Origin: the human T2T-CHM13v2.0 reference genome, Homo sapiens
Length of the DNA stretch: 64,000 nucleotides
Direction: 5' to 3' (one strand)
Assembly: GCF_009914755.1 (NCBI RefSeq)
Contig: NC_060928.1
Shown here: positions 40,101-51,677 of the stretch, piece after piece
Numbering within the stretch: the stretch's first letter is position 1
How the letters are laid out: each line of letters opens with the position of its first letter
Translations under genes and position numbers: made by a program
The notes under the pieces: generated by a model
What the model was told of the DNA's origin: nothing
What the model saw: only the letters and a program-made list of their open reading frames with translations
The model's database searches: none

Positions 40101-43100
40101 TATTGTGCTGTAGTGTGAGAGTGTGTTTGGTATAGTTTTAGTTTTTTTTTTTTTAATTTGCTGAGGATTGTTTCATGGTTGATTGTGGGTGGATTTTAGA
40201 TTATGTGCTATATGCAGATGAGAAGAATATATATTCCATGTTTTTGGGTGAAAAGTTCTGTAGATGTCTGTTAGGACAATTTGGTCAAGTGTTGAGCTCA
40301 AGTTCCAAATAATCTAGTTATATAGCTATAGTTATTAATTATTAATAGCTATATAATTATATAGCTATAGTTAATTATATAGCTAATTTTTGTTAGTTTT
40401 CTGCCTTGATGATCTGTCTAATACTGTCAAAGGGGTGTTGAAATTTTCCACTATTATTATTTGGTTATATAACTTTCTTCTTAAGTATCTAAGAACTTGC
40501 TCTATGAATGAATCTGGTTGATCCTGTGTCAGGTGCATATATATTTAGGACAGTTGGGTCTTCTTGTTGAATGGAACCCTTTACCATTATATTATGTAAA
40601 TCCTTTCTTTGTCTTTTTTTACTGTTGTTGGTTTAAAGTCTGTTTTGTCTGAAATTATTAGAAGTGCAACCCATGCCTTTTTCTGTTTTCTTGGTAAATT
40701 TTTCTATTCCCCTTTACTTGGAGTCTATGCTTGTCATTGCATGTGAGATGGCTCTCTTGAAGCCAACATACAATTGGGTCTTTCTTCTTTATCCAACTTG
40801 CTATTTTGTACCTTTTAATTGGGATATTTAGCTCATTATTTTCATGTGCAGATTTAATCATGTAATTGTATTGTTAGCTGTTTATCATGCAGACTTGATT
40901 GTGTGGCTGCTTTATAGTGCCAATGTTCTATGCACTTAAGTGTGTTTTTATGGTGGCCAATAAGGGTCATTCCTTTCTACATTTAGCACTCCCTTAAGAA
41001 CCTCTTGTAAATCAGGTCTGATGGTAATGAATTCCCTTAGCGTTCACTTGAAAAGGATCTTATTTCTCCTTTGGTTATTAAGTTAGTTTGGCTAGTTATG
41101 AAATTCTTAGTTGGAATTTCTTTTTCCTAAGAATGCTGAATATAGGCACCCAATCTCTTCTGGCTTGTAGGGTTTCTGCTAAAATGTCTGCTGTTTGTCT
41201 GATGTGGTTTATTTTTACATAACCTGCCCCTTCTCTCTAGCTACTTTTAACATATTTTCTTTCATTTAGCCCTTGAAGAATGTGATGACAATGTACCTTT
41301 GGGATGGTTGTCTTATATAGTATCTCACAAGGGTTCTTTGCATTTATTGAGTTTGAATACTGACCTTTCTAATGAGATTGGGACAGTTTACATGACAATA
41401 TCTTCAAATATGTTTTCCAAGTTGCTTGCTTTCTCTCCCTCTTTCAGGGACACCAGTGAATTATAGATTTGATTTCTTTAACCAAACTCACTCATCCCAT
41501 ATTTTTCAGAGGCTTTGTACATTTGTCTTTATTATTTTTTCTTCATTTTATCTGACTGAGTTATTTCAGAGGTCCAGTCTTTGAGCCCTGAGATTCTTTC
41601 CTCAGCTTAGTCCATTCTGCTGTTAATACTTGCAATTGGATTATAAAATTTTTGAAGTAATTTTTTCAGCTCAATCAGATCAATTTGGTTCTCTCTTAAA
41701 ATGTTGTTTCATCTCCTGCATCTTTGTACTGTATTCTTTAGATTTCTTCAATTTGGTTTCAGCTTTCTTCTGAATCTTGATGATCTTAGTTTCTAGCCAT
41801 ATTCTGAATTCTGTTTCTGTCATTTCAGACATTTCAGCCTGGTTAGGAACTTTTGCTGGGGAATTACTGCAGTCATTTGGAGCTGAGAAGATGCTCTGGC
41901 TTTTTGAGTTTCCAGAATTCTTGCACTAGTTCTTTCTAATCAGTGAGGGCTGGTATTCCTTCAATGTTTTAAAGTTGCTATCCCTTCAATGGGATTTTTG
42001 CTTTTATATTCTTTGATGCCTTTTAGGGTTTGTGGTATAGATGGATTCAGCAAACTGGTTTCAATTCCAGAAAATTTTAGGGGACCAGGACTCAGCTCAC
42101 TACTCCTGGGCTGTGTGCTCTAACTTGAGGTGGGGGTGGGGTGCTAGTACTTGGCATCCATCTTTTTTCTCTGGCCCCTTGACTTTAGGAATACGCTGTG
42201 CTGAGGGGGCTCATGGTGTTCCTGGTACACTGGCCACAGCACTCCAGTAGGTTGTGCCAACCAAAATTTTTTTTGAGGCAGTGGCAATGGGATCTTTGCT
42301 TGCTTCCTTGTGCCAACAGCTGCAGCAACATGAACAGCTGTGGTGGGGTACTAGCAAGGGTGGGGCTGCAGTCTTCCTGTGCATACTCACACCAGTGACA
42401 GTGGTGTGGAAGGGACTGGGCACTGGCTGGGCTAGGGTTGCCAGTGTCCGTGCTTGCACTCATGCCTGCACTGGCAGCAGCAGTGGCAGGGTGTTGGCAG
42501 GCATGGGGCTTCCACCCTCTGTGCATGTGTTCATACCAGCAGCAGTGGAAGCCCCATGGAGTACCTGGTTGCCAACATCTGTGCACAGCTTTACACTGGT
42601 GGCAGTGGCAGTGTGGCATGTGGCGAGGATGCAAGTATCTGTGCATGTTGGTTCCAGCAATGGCATTGTGACTGGGTGCCCATGCATCAACATGGTGCTC
42701 ACACACATGCTAGCAGGGGAGTGGAGGCAAGGCCCACCTGCACATGCGCCATCAAAGCTTTGGAGGGGTGGCCATGGGCAAGTTCGTGCCTGCACTGTGA
42801 GGGAGACTGTATTGGGGTAAGTTTGCAGGTAAACTGATGTGTGTCAGTGGGGATCACTCTCCTGGTGCTCTTAGACAGTAAGGTGTGGTCTCTGCCAATG
42901 AAGCTTCTGTGAAGAAGTCCCCCAGGAAGCACCATCACTGGGCATCCAAGGCTGAACTGCAAGCAGGCATGACCAGGCTGGGGCCCTGAGAGAAGCCAAC
43001 AGACAAGGAGGTGCTCAAATTAGAAAGACTCATTCTCACAGTTAAGACCACCCTGCTCTGTCCAGTTCCAACAGTGACTCCAAGGCAAAAGTCTCCTATA

Positions 43101-43548
43101 GGAATAATCTAAGCCTTGAGGTTTGGGTATCCCTGGCTATACCCCAAAACAGATGTTCCCACACCAAGTCCTGTGGGCTCTGCTGAGGGTGGAGTCCTGC
43201 CCTTACCATCTTTCTAAACATCTCTCCCTGCCAGCTCAAGTGTCCATGGAGGTCATGGTGTCTCCTGCTGCCAAGATTTCCAAAGTCCATGTCAGAAATG
43301 GGCCTTCCTCATCTGTTCAACTCACACATTTTCCAGGAGTCTCTTGGGTCCAGGAACTTGTCTCAGTGCTTGTAGCCCCATGCAGGGTTCCCGGCTTCCT
43401 CCCTAATCAGCCTAACATCTGTGTCCTCCCTGTGTCTACTCTTGATTCCTCCCCTTCAAAGATCTGCTTGAAGTGTGCTAGTCTTCCCAATGTCCCGGTC
43501 TCTCAGTGGCAGATATTACTAGTGACTGCATCTAGTGAGCCATTTTAT
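37107..43548 (-). mobile_element. Near full-length L1PA15/16-like element (degenerate, with internal deletions)
   Basis: 3' end 'ttttatttgaggttcagg..ccctcaagtaggccctggtgt'; EN-like ORF 40658-40861 (LNIPIKRYKIASWIKKKDPIVCWLQESHL); ORF1 region; GC-rich 5' UTR 42040-43548 ending 'ctagtgagccatttt'. Confidence 0.88.
39232..39367. repeat. (TA)n low-complexity tract inside L1
   Basis: Degenerate atatat/gatata array. Confidence 0.9.
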
Positions 43549-44107
43549 CTTCTGGTTTTGATTTCAGGTAAATGCTGGCATCATAGAACAAATTAGGAAG
43601 AATTTTTTTCTTATCAAGTTTTTGGACTATTTGAGAAGAAATATTGTTAATTCTTTCTTTGTTGGGATAGTTTTCATTACTGATTTAATGTTGGTACTCA
43701 TTATTAGTCTGTTCACATTTTCTAATTCTTCTTGGTTCAATATCGGTGGGTTATATGTGTCCAGCAACTTATCCATTTCCTCCCAGTTTTCTAATTTGTG
43801 GCCATATAATTGTTCATAATAGTTTCTAATAAACCTTTGTCTTTTTATGGTATCAGCTGTAATGTCTTCTTTCTCATTCGTAATATTGTTTGTGTCTTCT
43901 CTCTTTATTTCCTAATTAGCCTCTCTTACTGTTTGTTGACTTTGCTTATCTTTTTAAGAAGCAATATTTTATTAAGAGCGAAATGCACTTTCACAGAACT
44001 GGCTATACACCACTAAGAGTTTGGTTATAGTTTTTAAATAGTTGAATTTTTCATTAAAACCAAAAACTCCTCTATAAGAAAGATAGATCAAAATATTTTT
44101 ACCAAAA

Positions 44108-44200
44108 TGTGTGTACAAACATGTATATATGTCATATATATATAACATATATATTATGTATGTGGGTGTGTGCATATGCATATATGCATATACACACATA
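44108..44200. repeat. Purine-pyrimidine alternating (TA/TG/CA) tract
   Basis: atgtatatatgtcatatata...tgtgtgcatatgcatatatgcatatacacaca. Confidence 0.8.
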
Positions 44201-46926
44201 TTTCTTTAAATTCATCCAATCTAAAATGTATCTAATTTACTGGTATTATGTCAAAATTTCCTGATATATCATTGTTGAACACATAAAAGTTTTCTTGGTT
44301 TTGGTTTAGTTTTATTCTATTTCTTAATTTATAAATAATTTTTCATTGTGGATATGTCATCTGTTGTATTTAGAACATATCCAACACCTCTCAGTTGTGT
44401 TAACTGAGGCATAATTTCCTTTGCTAAAAATTGCAGGACAATTTGGCCTCCAAATCACAGTAGCTGCATTTTGTCAGTGGACCTTACATGGAAACTTTTG
44501 CTGCTTTAGATGGAAGACTTATGTTAAGTTCCCATGAATATGATGTAATTGAGTTTCCACCAAGGTAGTTGCTAGAAAATAAATTAAAACTGAGGCAATC
44601 ACATACTTAAATTTATAGTGTGTTTATTAATTTAAAATAGTTCACATTAATTAATGGCTGAGTTTTTACAAATACTTTGAAATGTTTATTTTAAGAATGT
44701 AGTGTTTCAGGTCTATTTTAAAGGCACAAGCCATTTTGAGCATGCTCATGAATCAGGTTGACAAAATATAAGTATGATTGTTAAGTCATCTAATTTCAAA
44801 TTTTCCTAATTTTGGTAAACAGCTAAACTGAAAGTGATGTAAAAACTGTCCAAAGTAATGTCTAAATCACCAGATGAACTTTAGTAAAAGAAAGAAGAGT
44901 GCTTCAATTTATAGAAGCCTTCACAAATCTGAGACCAGATTTCTCAATAATCCCTTATTAAATTTTATAAACATGTATAGTTTGGGAAGAAATAACATGT
45001 TCATATAGGGATACACAGTATTTTTTGCAAATCTGCTCCCCAACTAAATGACAAAATCTATAGCATTTTGAGGTTTATGCTTGTGTTCTGCTAGGTGCAT
45101 ATTTGTGTGTGTGTATATATGCATGTGTATGTCTGTTATGCATGCATGTATGTGTGTATACATAAACTTTTAATATTTATGAAAATATAAATAACTCAAA
45201 ATAATATAAACCTCAAAATAAAGTTCATGTTTGCACTAAATGCTCTTGGTTAGAGATTTCAAAACTAGCTTGTATGCACCTCATTATGCACAATTAGAGT
45301 ATCAACTCAGCCACCTAATAAATATTTCATAGCTTTAAGAACTAAAATTCAGTAAAACAATACTAATCATGGAAAGATACCTACTTTTTACATTAACATC
45401 AGACTAGAAGTACTTACAGATACTAGTACAGATACCATCAGGGTTGGAATCTTTATTTCCATTAAGAATATACCTTCAAAACAAAATGAAACTAATTGAC
45501 AATTCAAAGCTTTAAGAGGAAAAAAGTGCGGCCATGAAATCCGAAATATTCTCTCTCTCTTTTCCATTTCTAGTTACCTTCACCAACACCAACTCTGACT
45601 CTCCCGTCCACAGGCCATGAAGACATAGTTCTCTCTCTCTCTTTCTCTCTGTATATCTCTCTAAGTATCTACATCTATACATTAACATACAGATATAAAT
45701 CATCTCTTGATATTATATTTCTACATTACCCTATCTTCAAGATAATACTATTAATGTATCAAAATGTGTGAACAAGTGGTTGAATAAATTATATTTAAAA
45801 TTTGCAATGTTCCTCATTTTGCTTGCTTTGAGAATAGGGTAATAAGCTTTTGGTTTTCTTCAAGCTGTTCAGGAAGAGGTATGTATTTGTAATAACAAAT
45901 TTTGCCTTCTCAACCTCTATCCTCTATAAAGATGAGTCATTAAAATGCCTCATAGTCAATAAGGATTGGAGTGGGAGGGATAAGGGCAAAAAACTGTGAT
46001 TGAAGAGATATATCATAATATTTGGGATAAAGAACTAAATATGCACGGTATTATGATTCACTTTATTTTTTCTGTCCATAATAGATTTTATATTTGCATA
46101 CACTTTAATTTGAGGAATAAATTGAAAATGGAATAAAATATTGAAATATATTGATCAAATATATATTGCATAATTTACCTAAATACTTGTTCTTTTATGC
46201 CAAATCAAAGCAAAATACAGAGCTATCATGATAATAGGTTATCTTATATTTTATTGATAATTTAAGGCAAACACTCAGGATTTTCTGCTTTTTAGTGATA
46301 CCAATAGTCCTTGAACTAATAAGGAAATGTACTCTTTTGTCAGTGTGCTCAGGGTTATGATTCATAGTACAGGTTATACCATATACTCCGCTTTTATATT
46401 AGCTTGTATATTAGCTATACCATATACTCTTCTTTATATTAACTGCTATTTCAAATCTATTTCACTATTGGTTTTATGTCCCAGAACAGCTCCTGCAGTT
46501 GTTCTGCAGGAAGTAAGAAGGAAATATATTTTTAAACCTCCTTTGACCACCAGGAAAAGTAGAAAGAAAGCAATTTTACGGAAAAAAAAAGAATTTCTGC
46601 ATTTACTTATTTCTTAAATACATATAAAAAAATTGAAGAGAGTATGTGCCCAATGAAGGCAGGTGATTTTGTTTTTCATTATCACATAGGAAAACTAAGG
46701 CTTCCTTCTGTTTCTAGTCTACGAACCAGGAGAGTCTCTGTAAATGTAGCCAGGAAGTCCTAACTTAAAATTATCCCATCCTTCTAAGGAATAATTTTAA
46801 GTCAGGACTTTAAAAAGATTTCTGGTTACTTGAAGTTCAACAAAAACTACAACATAAACAATAAAAAGTTACCAATTATTAAGTATAATGTACAATAAAA
46901 TATATTTTATGAATCTTGTGTTAACT

Positions 46927-47240
46927 ATTTTATTTTATTTTATTATTTTATTTTATTTGAGATGGAGTCTTGCCACGTCGTCCAGGCTGGAGTGCAGTGG
47001 CGTGATCTCAGCTCACTGCTACCTCTGCCTCCTGGGTTCAAGCAATTCTCCTGCCTCAGCCTCTGGAGTAGCTAGGATTACAGGCACCCGCCACCACACC
47101 AGGGTAATTTTTGTACTTTTAGTAGAGACAGGGTTTTGCCATGTTGGCCAGGCTGGTCTCGAACTCCTGACCTCAGATGATCTGCCCTCCTCAGCCTCCC
47201 AAAGTGTTGGGATTACAGGCGTGAACCACCATGCCCGGCC
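46927..47240 (-). mobile_element. AluS (Sx/Sz-like), full length, with (TTTTA)n tail
   Basis: Reverse dimeric Alu, followed by (GTTTTT)n; no clear TSD. Confidence 0.96.
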
Positions 47241-47589
47241 GTTTTTGTTTTTGTTTTTGTTTTTGTTTTTTTTTAAAGCTTCAACCAAAAGGTTGAGTTT
47301 GGTCCTGGGTAACTTTATTTGTTTGATTACATTCCAGACAATGTTTATACATGCTATCTTGATAAGAAATTGAATGTTGAATGCACAACAAGTTAGCACC
47401 ATGCATGAACTTGACTCAGGTAGACTTCTATAACATATTCGCTTAAAAGCTGATCTAAATTCTATTTTAGTTGAGGAGAATGTCACAAATTTGGATGGTA
47501 AAATAGGACAAAGTATTATCAAAAATGAGTATGGTATGTGATATCAAGCTTCCTAAACTCAGAAATTATTATTTCTAAGGTAATTTCCT

Positions 47590-48721
47590 GTGTCCTTATT
47601 TTGACTGACTGGCATAACACATTACCACAAAATGGGTGGCAGGATATGAATTTTGGGGGGACACTATTCAACTGATCATTGTCTACCCTGTTTCCCCAAA
47701 ATTCATGCAATTCCCCATGAAAAATGCATTCATCCCACTCCAAAATTTCCAAAGTCTTCACTATGTCCCAAATGTTATCTAAATATTATTAACTCAAAAA
47801 GTTCAAACTATATTATCTAATTCAGGTATGAGTAAAACTCTATGTATGATCTATTCGCAGAGTTTCTTCTGGTATGACATTCTGTAGAACCTTGTTAGTT
47901 GTGGATGTACGTCAAGGAGCTCCATGCCATTAGTCATAAATAAGGATTCTTCCCAGATCTTTCCTGTACAACTGCATATCCATTTCTGGATTCTGCTGGG
48001 ATGATGTAGTGAATCCATAAATTGCATGCCTAAAACCTCCAGTAAAAGTTTGTCCAGCCACACCACAGCATTCTCTTTAGAGCATGCTTTAACATCTTTT
48101 GAGATAACATATAGGCTGAGAATTTTCCAAATCATTATGTTCTGATTCTTTTTTGCTTAACAGTTTCTTCAATTTGTCTTTCTCACATTTTGCTCTAAGT
48201 AGCCAGAAGAAACCAGGCTACACATTCAACAGTTGGCTTGAAACTATCATCAGTTAAATATCTAAGTCCTTTGCTTACAAGTTCTTCTTTTCACAAAGTA
48301 GTAATGCACAATTTAGCCAAGGTATTTTTTCTTTTGACCCTTTATAACACAGTTCTCAGAAATTATTCCTTCTCAGAAATTTCCCATGTCCTTCTGTAAA
48401 TGCCACAACAAATCTACCATAAACTGGGTGGCTGGACACGAATTTTGGAGTGACACTATTCAACCCATTATTGTTATTAAGTACTCTTTTTAATAACAGT
48501 ACTTAATAACTGTTTTGCCTTTCCTTCTGAAGCCTTAACAGAAGTACCTACAATGTCCATATTTTCACCAAGAGTCTCTTCCAGGGAAAGTAGACTTTTT
48601 TTTTTTTTTAATCATGAGCTGCTATTTTGCATCTTCTGCCCATTACTTGATTTCAAAAGAACTTTCACATTTCAGTTTCAAAAATCCAATACAAAAACAA
48701 TCCACTTTCAAGTACCAAAAT
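47590..48721 (-). mobile_element. Internally deleted MLT1 LTR plus MLT1 internal sequence
   Basis: LTR ends fused ('ccacaaaatgggtggc|aggatatgaattttggggggacactattcaac'), then MaLR-int text ending 'ccactttcaagtaccaaaatc'. Confidence 0.75.
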
Positions 48722-49195
48722 CTATGTTCATTTTCTAGGGCTTCCATAACAGTGTATACCAAACTGAGAAGTTCAAAACAAGGGAAATTCATTCTCTCAT
48801 ACTTGTCATACTCTCATACTTCTGTAGACTCAAAGTCTGAAATATCACTGTTATCAAGACAATGCTCCCTCTGCAGACTGTAGGGAAATATCTTTTCTTG
48901 CCTCTTATAACTTCTGGTGGCCCCAGGCATTCTTTGGCACATAGTAGTGTAACTTCAATCTCTGTCTGCCTTCATCATAGCATGTCTTTCTTCTCTGTTT
49001 CCCTGTCCTCTTCTCTTTTTGCAAATTTATCAGTCATTATCTTTAGGGTGCACCATAAATCTAGTATAATTATCACCTCGAGATCCTTAACTAATTACAT
49101 CTGCAAAAACCCTACTTCCAAACAAGATTGCAATCTGTGATTCCAGGGGCGAACATGATTTTGTGGTTTGGGAGGCACTAATGCAACTAATCAAC
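48722..49195 (-). mobile_element. MLT1C-like LTR (5' LTR of the adjacent MaLR element)
   Basis: 'ttctagggcttccataac..aaattcattctctca...gagatccttaactaattacatctgcaaaaaccct'; about 470 bp. Confidence 0.85.
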
Positions 49196-49721
49196 TCATT
49201 ATACCTTATTTCCGTTAAGTCAGCAATAGCAAATCAAGATAAGGGCTATTGGATTAAGCATTAAAATGCGGCCTTCCAGTGTTTTGTTTTGTGTTGTTTT
49301 GTTTTCTATTTTAATGAAACATATATTACTACATTCACAATACCAGCACGAAATAGAGAACTGACAAGTATTTATAGAGGAACTGGCTGGGAAGGCTCTA
49401 CAAAGTAATAACTTATTTGTGTCTGCTTTGTTCTTAACAGAGTTGAGTTATTTTGAAGTATTATGAAACTCGTAAATATAAGGCAGAGTCAAGTGTAAGT
49501 AAACATTTCTATTCCAGGTCAACATCCTTATTTTCCTGTGAGATATGAATCTTTATCTCTAGCCCTTCTTAAAGACTTTCACTTCAAATTATTATTACAA
49601 AGTTTGAAAATGTTTTTATTGAGGTTGGAAAAATGGAGGTTTATTTAAAATCAGAAGTCACATTTACATTTTTTAATCATAAAATAAGTCTTTACCACTT
49701 GCTGGTAATTAAAATGGACAC

Positions 49722-49729
49722 CACACACA

Positions 49730-49760
<31 letters not shown>
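49722..49760. repeat. (CA)n microsatellite
   Basis: About 19 CA units with one GA interruption. Confidence 0.97.
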
Positions 49761-49762
<2 letters not shown>

Positions 49763-49856
49763 TCTTCTACATTCTACAAGGATGATTGCCAAATAACCAT
49801 GGGACTCTTTAAATGAATTCCGAATAAGTAGATTACAAAAGTAGATCTTATTTTAT

Positions 49857-50035
49857 AAAGTTGGAAAGGATGCTAGAAATTTTTTACTTCAACTTTACCG
49901 CTTACCATTGAAGAAAGTGAAAACAAAAGTTATTGACTTTCCCAGAATCATGTAGCTAATTAGTGACAAGACTGGAGTTGCAAATACTTGGTGTTTCAAA
50001 AAAATAAAAACTAAGTCCACTGATTTTTCTCACTT
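49857..50035 (-). mobile_element. MIR/MIR3
   Basis: 'agttggaaagga...ttgactttcccagaatcatgtagctaattagtgacaagactggag'. Confidence 0.65.
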
Positions 50036-50726
50036 GCAGACTAAGTCTTTTGTGTGTTAGTGATGGTTACCAATGGTATTTAAAAAAAAAAAAACCTAAG
50101 TATTTTAGATTCCTCTGCTTCTCTGTGATGTTTATGCTGAGCCCCAGGAAACATATACTGATCTGCCTTTCTCCCTTAAAGTCTCATTTTGCACCACAGA
50201 GAAGAGCCTGAACAGTATGAGTTTGTGCTGAGGTTCAGACAGTTTAACCAAACCCATTGATTTAAAAGATATGTGGGCTGGAATAATCAACTTATTTATT
50301 TGCCAAGGAAAGCCAAATCATTATTTCTAAGACCAATATTATGAGACTGTCTATACTACAAAAGCGGCTGTGGGAATAATAATGTCTGTATGAAAATACT
50401 GTTTTAAGGATCCAATAATCCAATATACATGAAAATTGCTTAACACATAGTAGAAAATCAATGAATCATGATATCTTCTTTATATTTTCAGCATATTTTA
50501 GATACAAAACGATGAAATGTCACAGACACTGAGTCAAAATGATATCAGGATAAAAAGAAATTAAGAGATCATAAACTATTGAGAGTACTTAGGCAAAGGA
50601 GAAATTCAATACCTATAGCACTGACCCTCTCAAATTTATCCTATTTGCTGTACTAGATGCATAAGCAACTTGATAGTCATTGAATTTTAGAGCTGGAAAG
50701 GAGCTCTGGATGTACTTAATCTGAAT

Positions 50727-50993
50727 CAAGATTTTTCAACCTCAGCACTATTGACATTTTGATCCAGATAATTTCTGCTGGGGTATCTGCTGTGCACTAT
50801 ATATTGTTTAGCATCATCCCTACTACTCTGTATGTTAGTAGCACTCCCTGTAGTACTCACTATAATACTATAGTGAGTAACATATAGTACTCACTGTATG
50901 TCAGTAGCACTCCCTCTCCTGAAGTTATGATAACCAAAACACATTGTCAAATATCTCACTGGGGGCAAAACCACCCCCAGTTGAACACCACTG
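50727..50993 (+). mobile_element. MER20 (hAT-Charlie) inserted in a MIR3-like element
   Basis: 'ttcaacctcagcactattgacattttg..cagataatt...gggggcaaaaccacccccagttgaacaccactg'. Confidence 0.9.
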
Positions 50994-51085
50994 GTCCGAC
51001 CTGATCATGTTATTTATGAGAATGAAAAACATCAAGTGATCTTCCTAGTGTCCTATAATAGGCTATCTAGTGCTGTGAGGTTAAA

Positions 51086-51160
51086 ATATATATATATATA
51101 TATCATATATATATATCATATATATGATATCTATATATATGATATCATATATATATATAA
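51086..51160. repeat. (TA)n/ATCAT low-complexity tract
   Basis: atatatatatatatatatcatatatatatatcata... Confidence 0.9.
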
Positions 51161-51184
51161 ATGAACTAGGGAATCATGCGTGTG

Positions 51185-51355
51185 AACTTAGTTTTGGTAG
51201 TTCTTCTGCCTTTTATTTTGTGTGTGACTTGGAATAAGTCACTTATCTTCTATGAGTCTCAGTCTCCTTCCTAAAATAGGAAAAAAAAATTCCTTCACCT
51301 GAATTAATCATTGGATTCTGGGAGGCTAAAATAGGATAGCATTGTTAAAGGTTTG
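51185..51355 (+). mobile_element. MIR
   Basis: Core 'tgtgtgacttggaataagtcacttatcttctatgagtctcagtctcc..taaaatagg'. Confidence 0.75.
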
Positions 51356-51509
51356 GAGGCAACCCACCTCCATAGACATATGTATGTGTGCACAGATATA
51401 CTTGTGTATTATTGTCATTGTTATTCTTAGGGAAGAGCCAGGTTTTAAACCCAGTTCCCTTCATACTTAATTTAGTCCACTGACCTACATTCAGAGGGGC
51501 CTGTAAAGT

Positions 51510-51677
51510 AGTATTGCCAAAATATGTATATAAGAGTAACCTAGAGTACTTGCTAAAATAAAAATCCCCAAGACCATTCCCAGTTAATTTAATTTAAAAG
51601 TCTGAAATGAACTCCGGAGTTGGCATGGTTAATAGACAAGCCTGATTTTTCTGTTCCCTCTTATTTTGGAATCACTG
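51510..51677. mobile_element. MER5-like hAT MITE
   Basis: 'agtaacctagagtacttgctaaaata...ttttggaatcactg'. Confidence 0.5.

Noticed and set aside
42041-43596. Cluster of long overlapping ORFs (up to 188 aa) on both strands
   Set aside because: They lie in the GC-rich, internally repetitive 5' UTR of the L1PA15/16 element; stop-poor composition explains them and there is no domain signature
46888-47522. 161-aa and 167-aa ORFs
   Set aside because: Typical Alu translations ([25 protein letters not shown])
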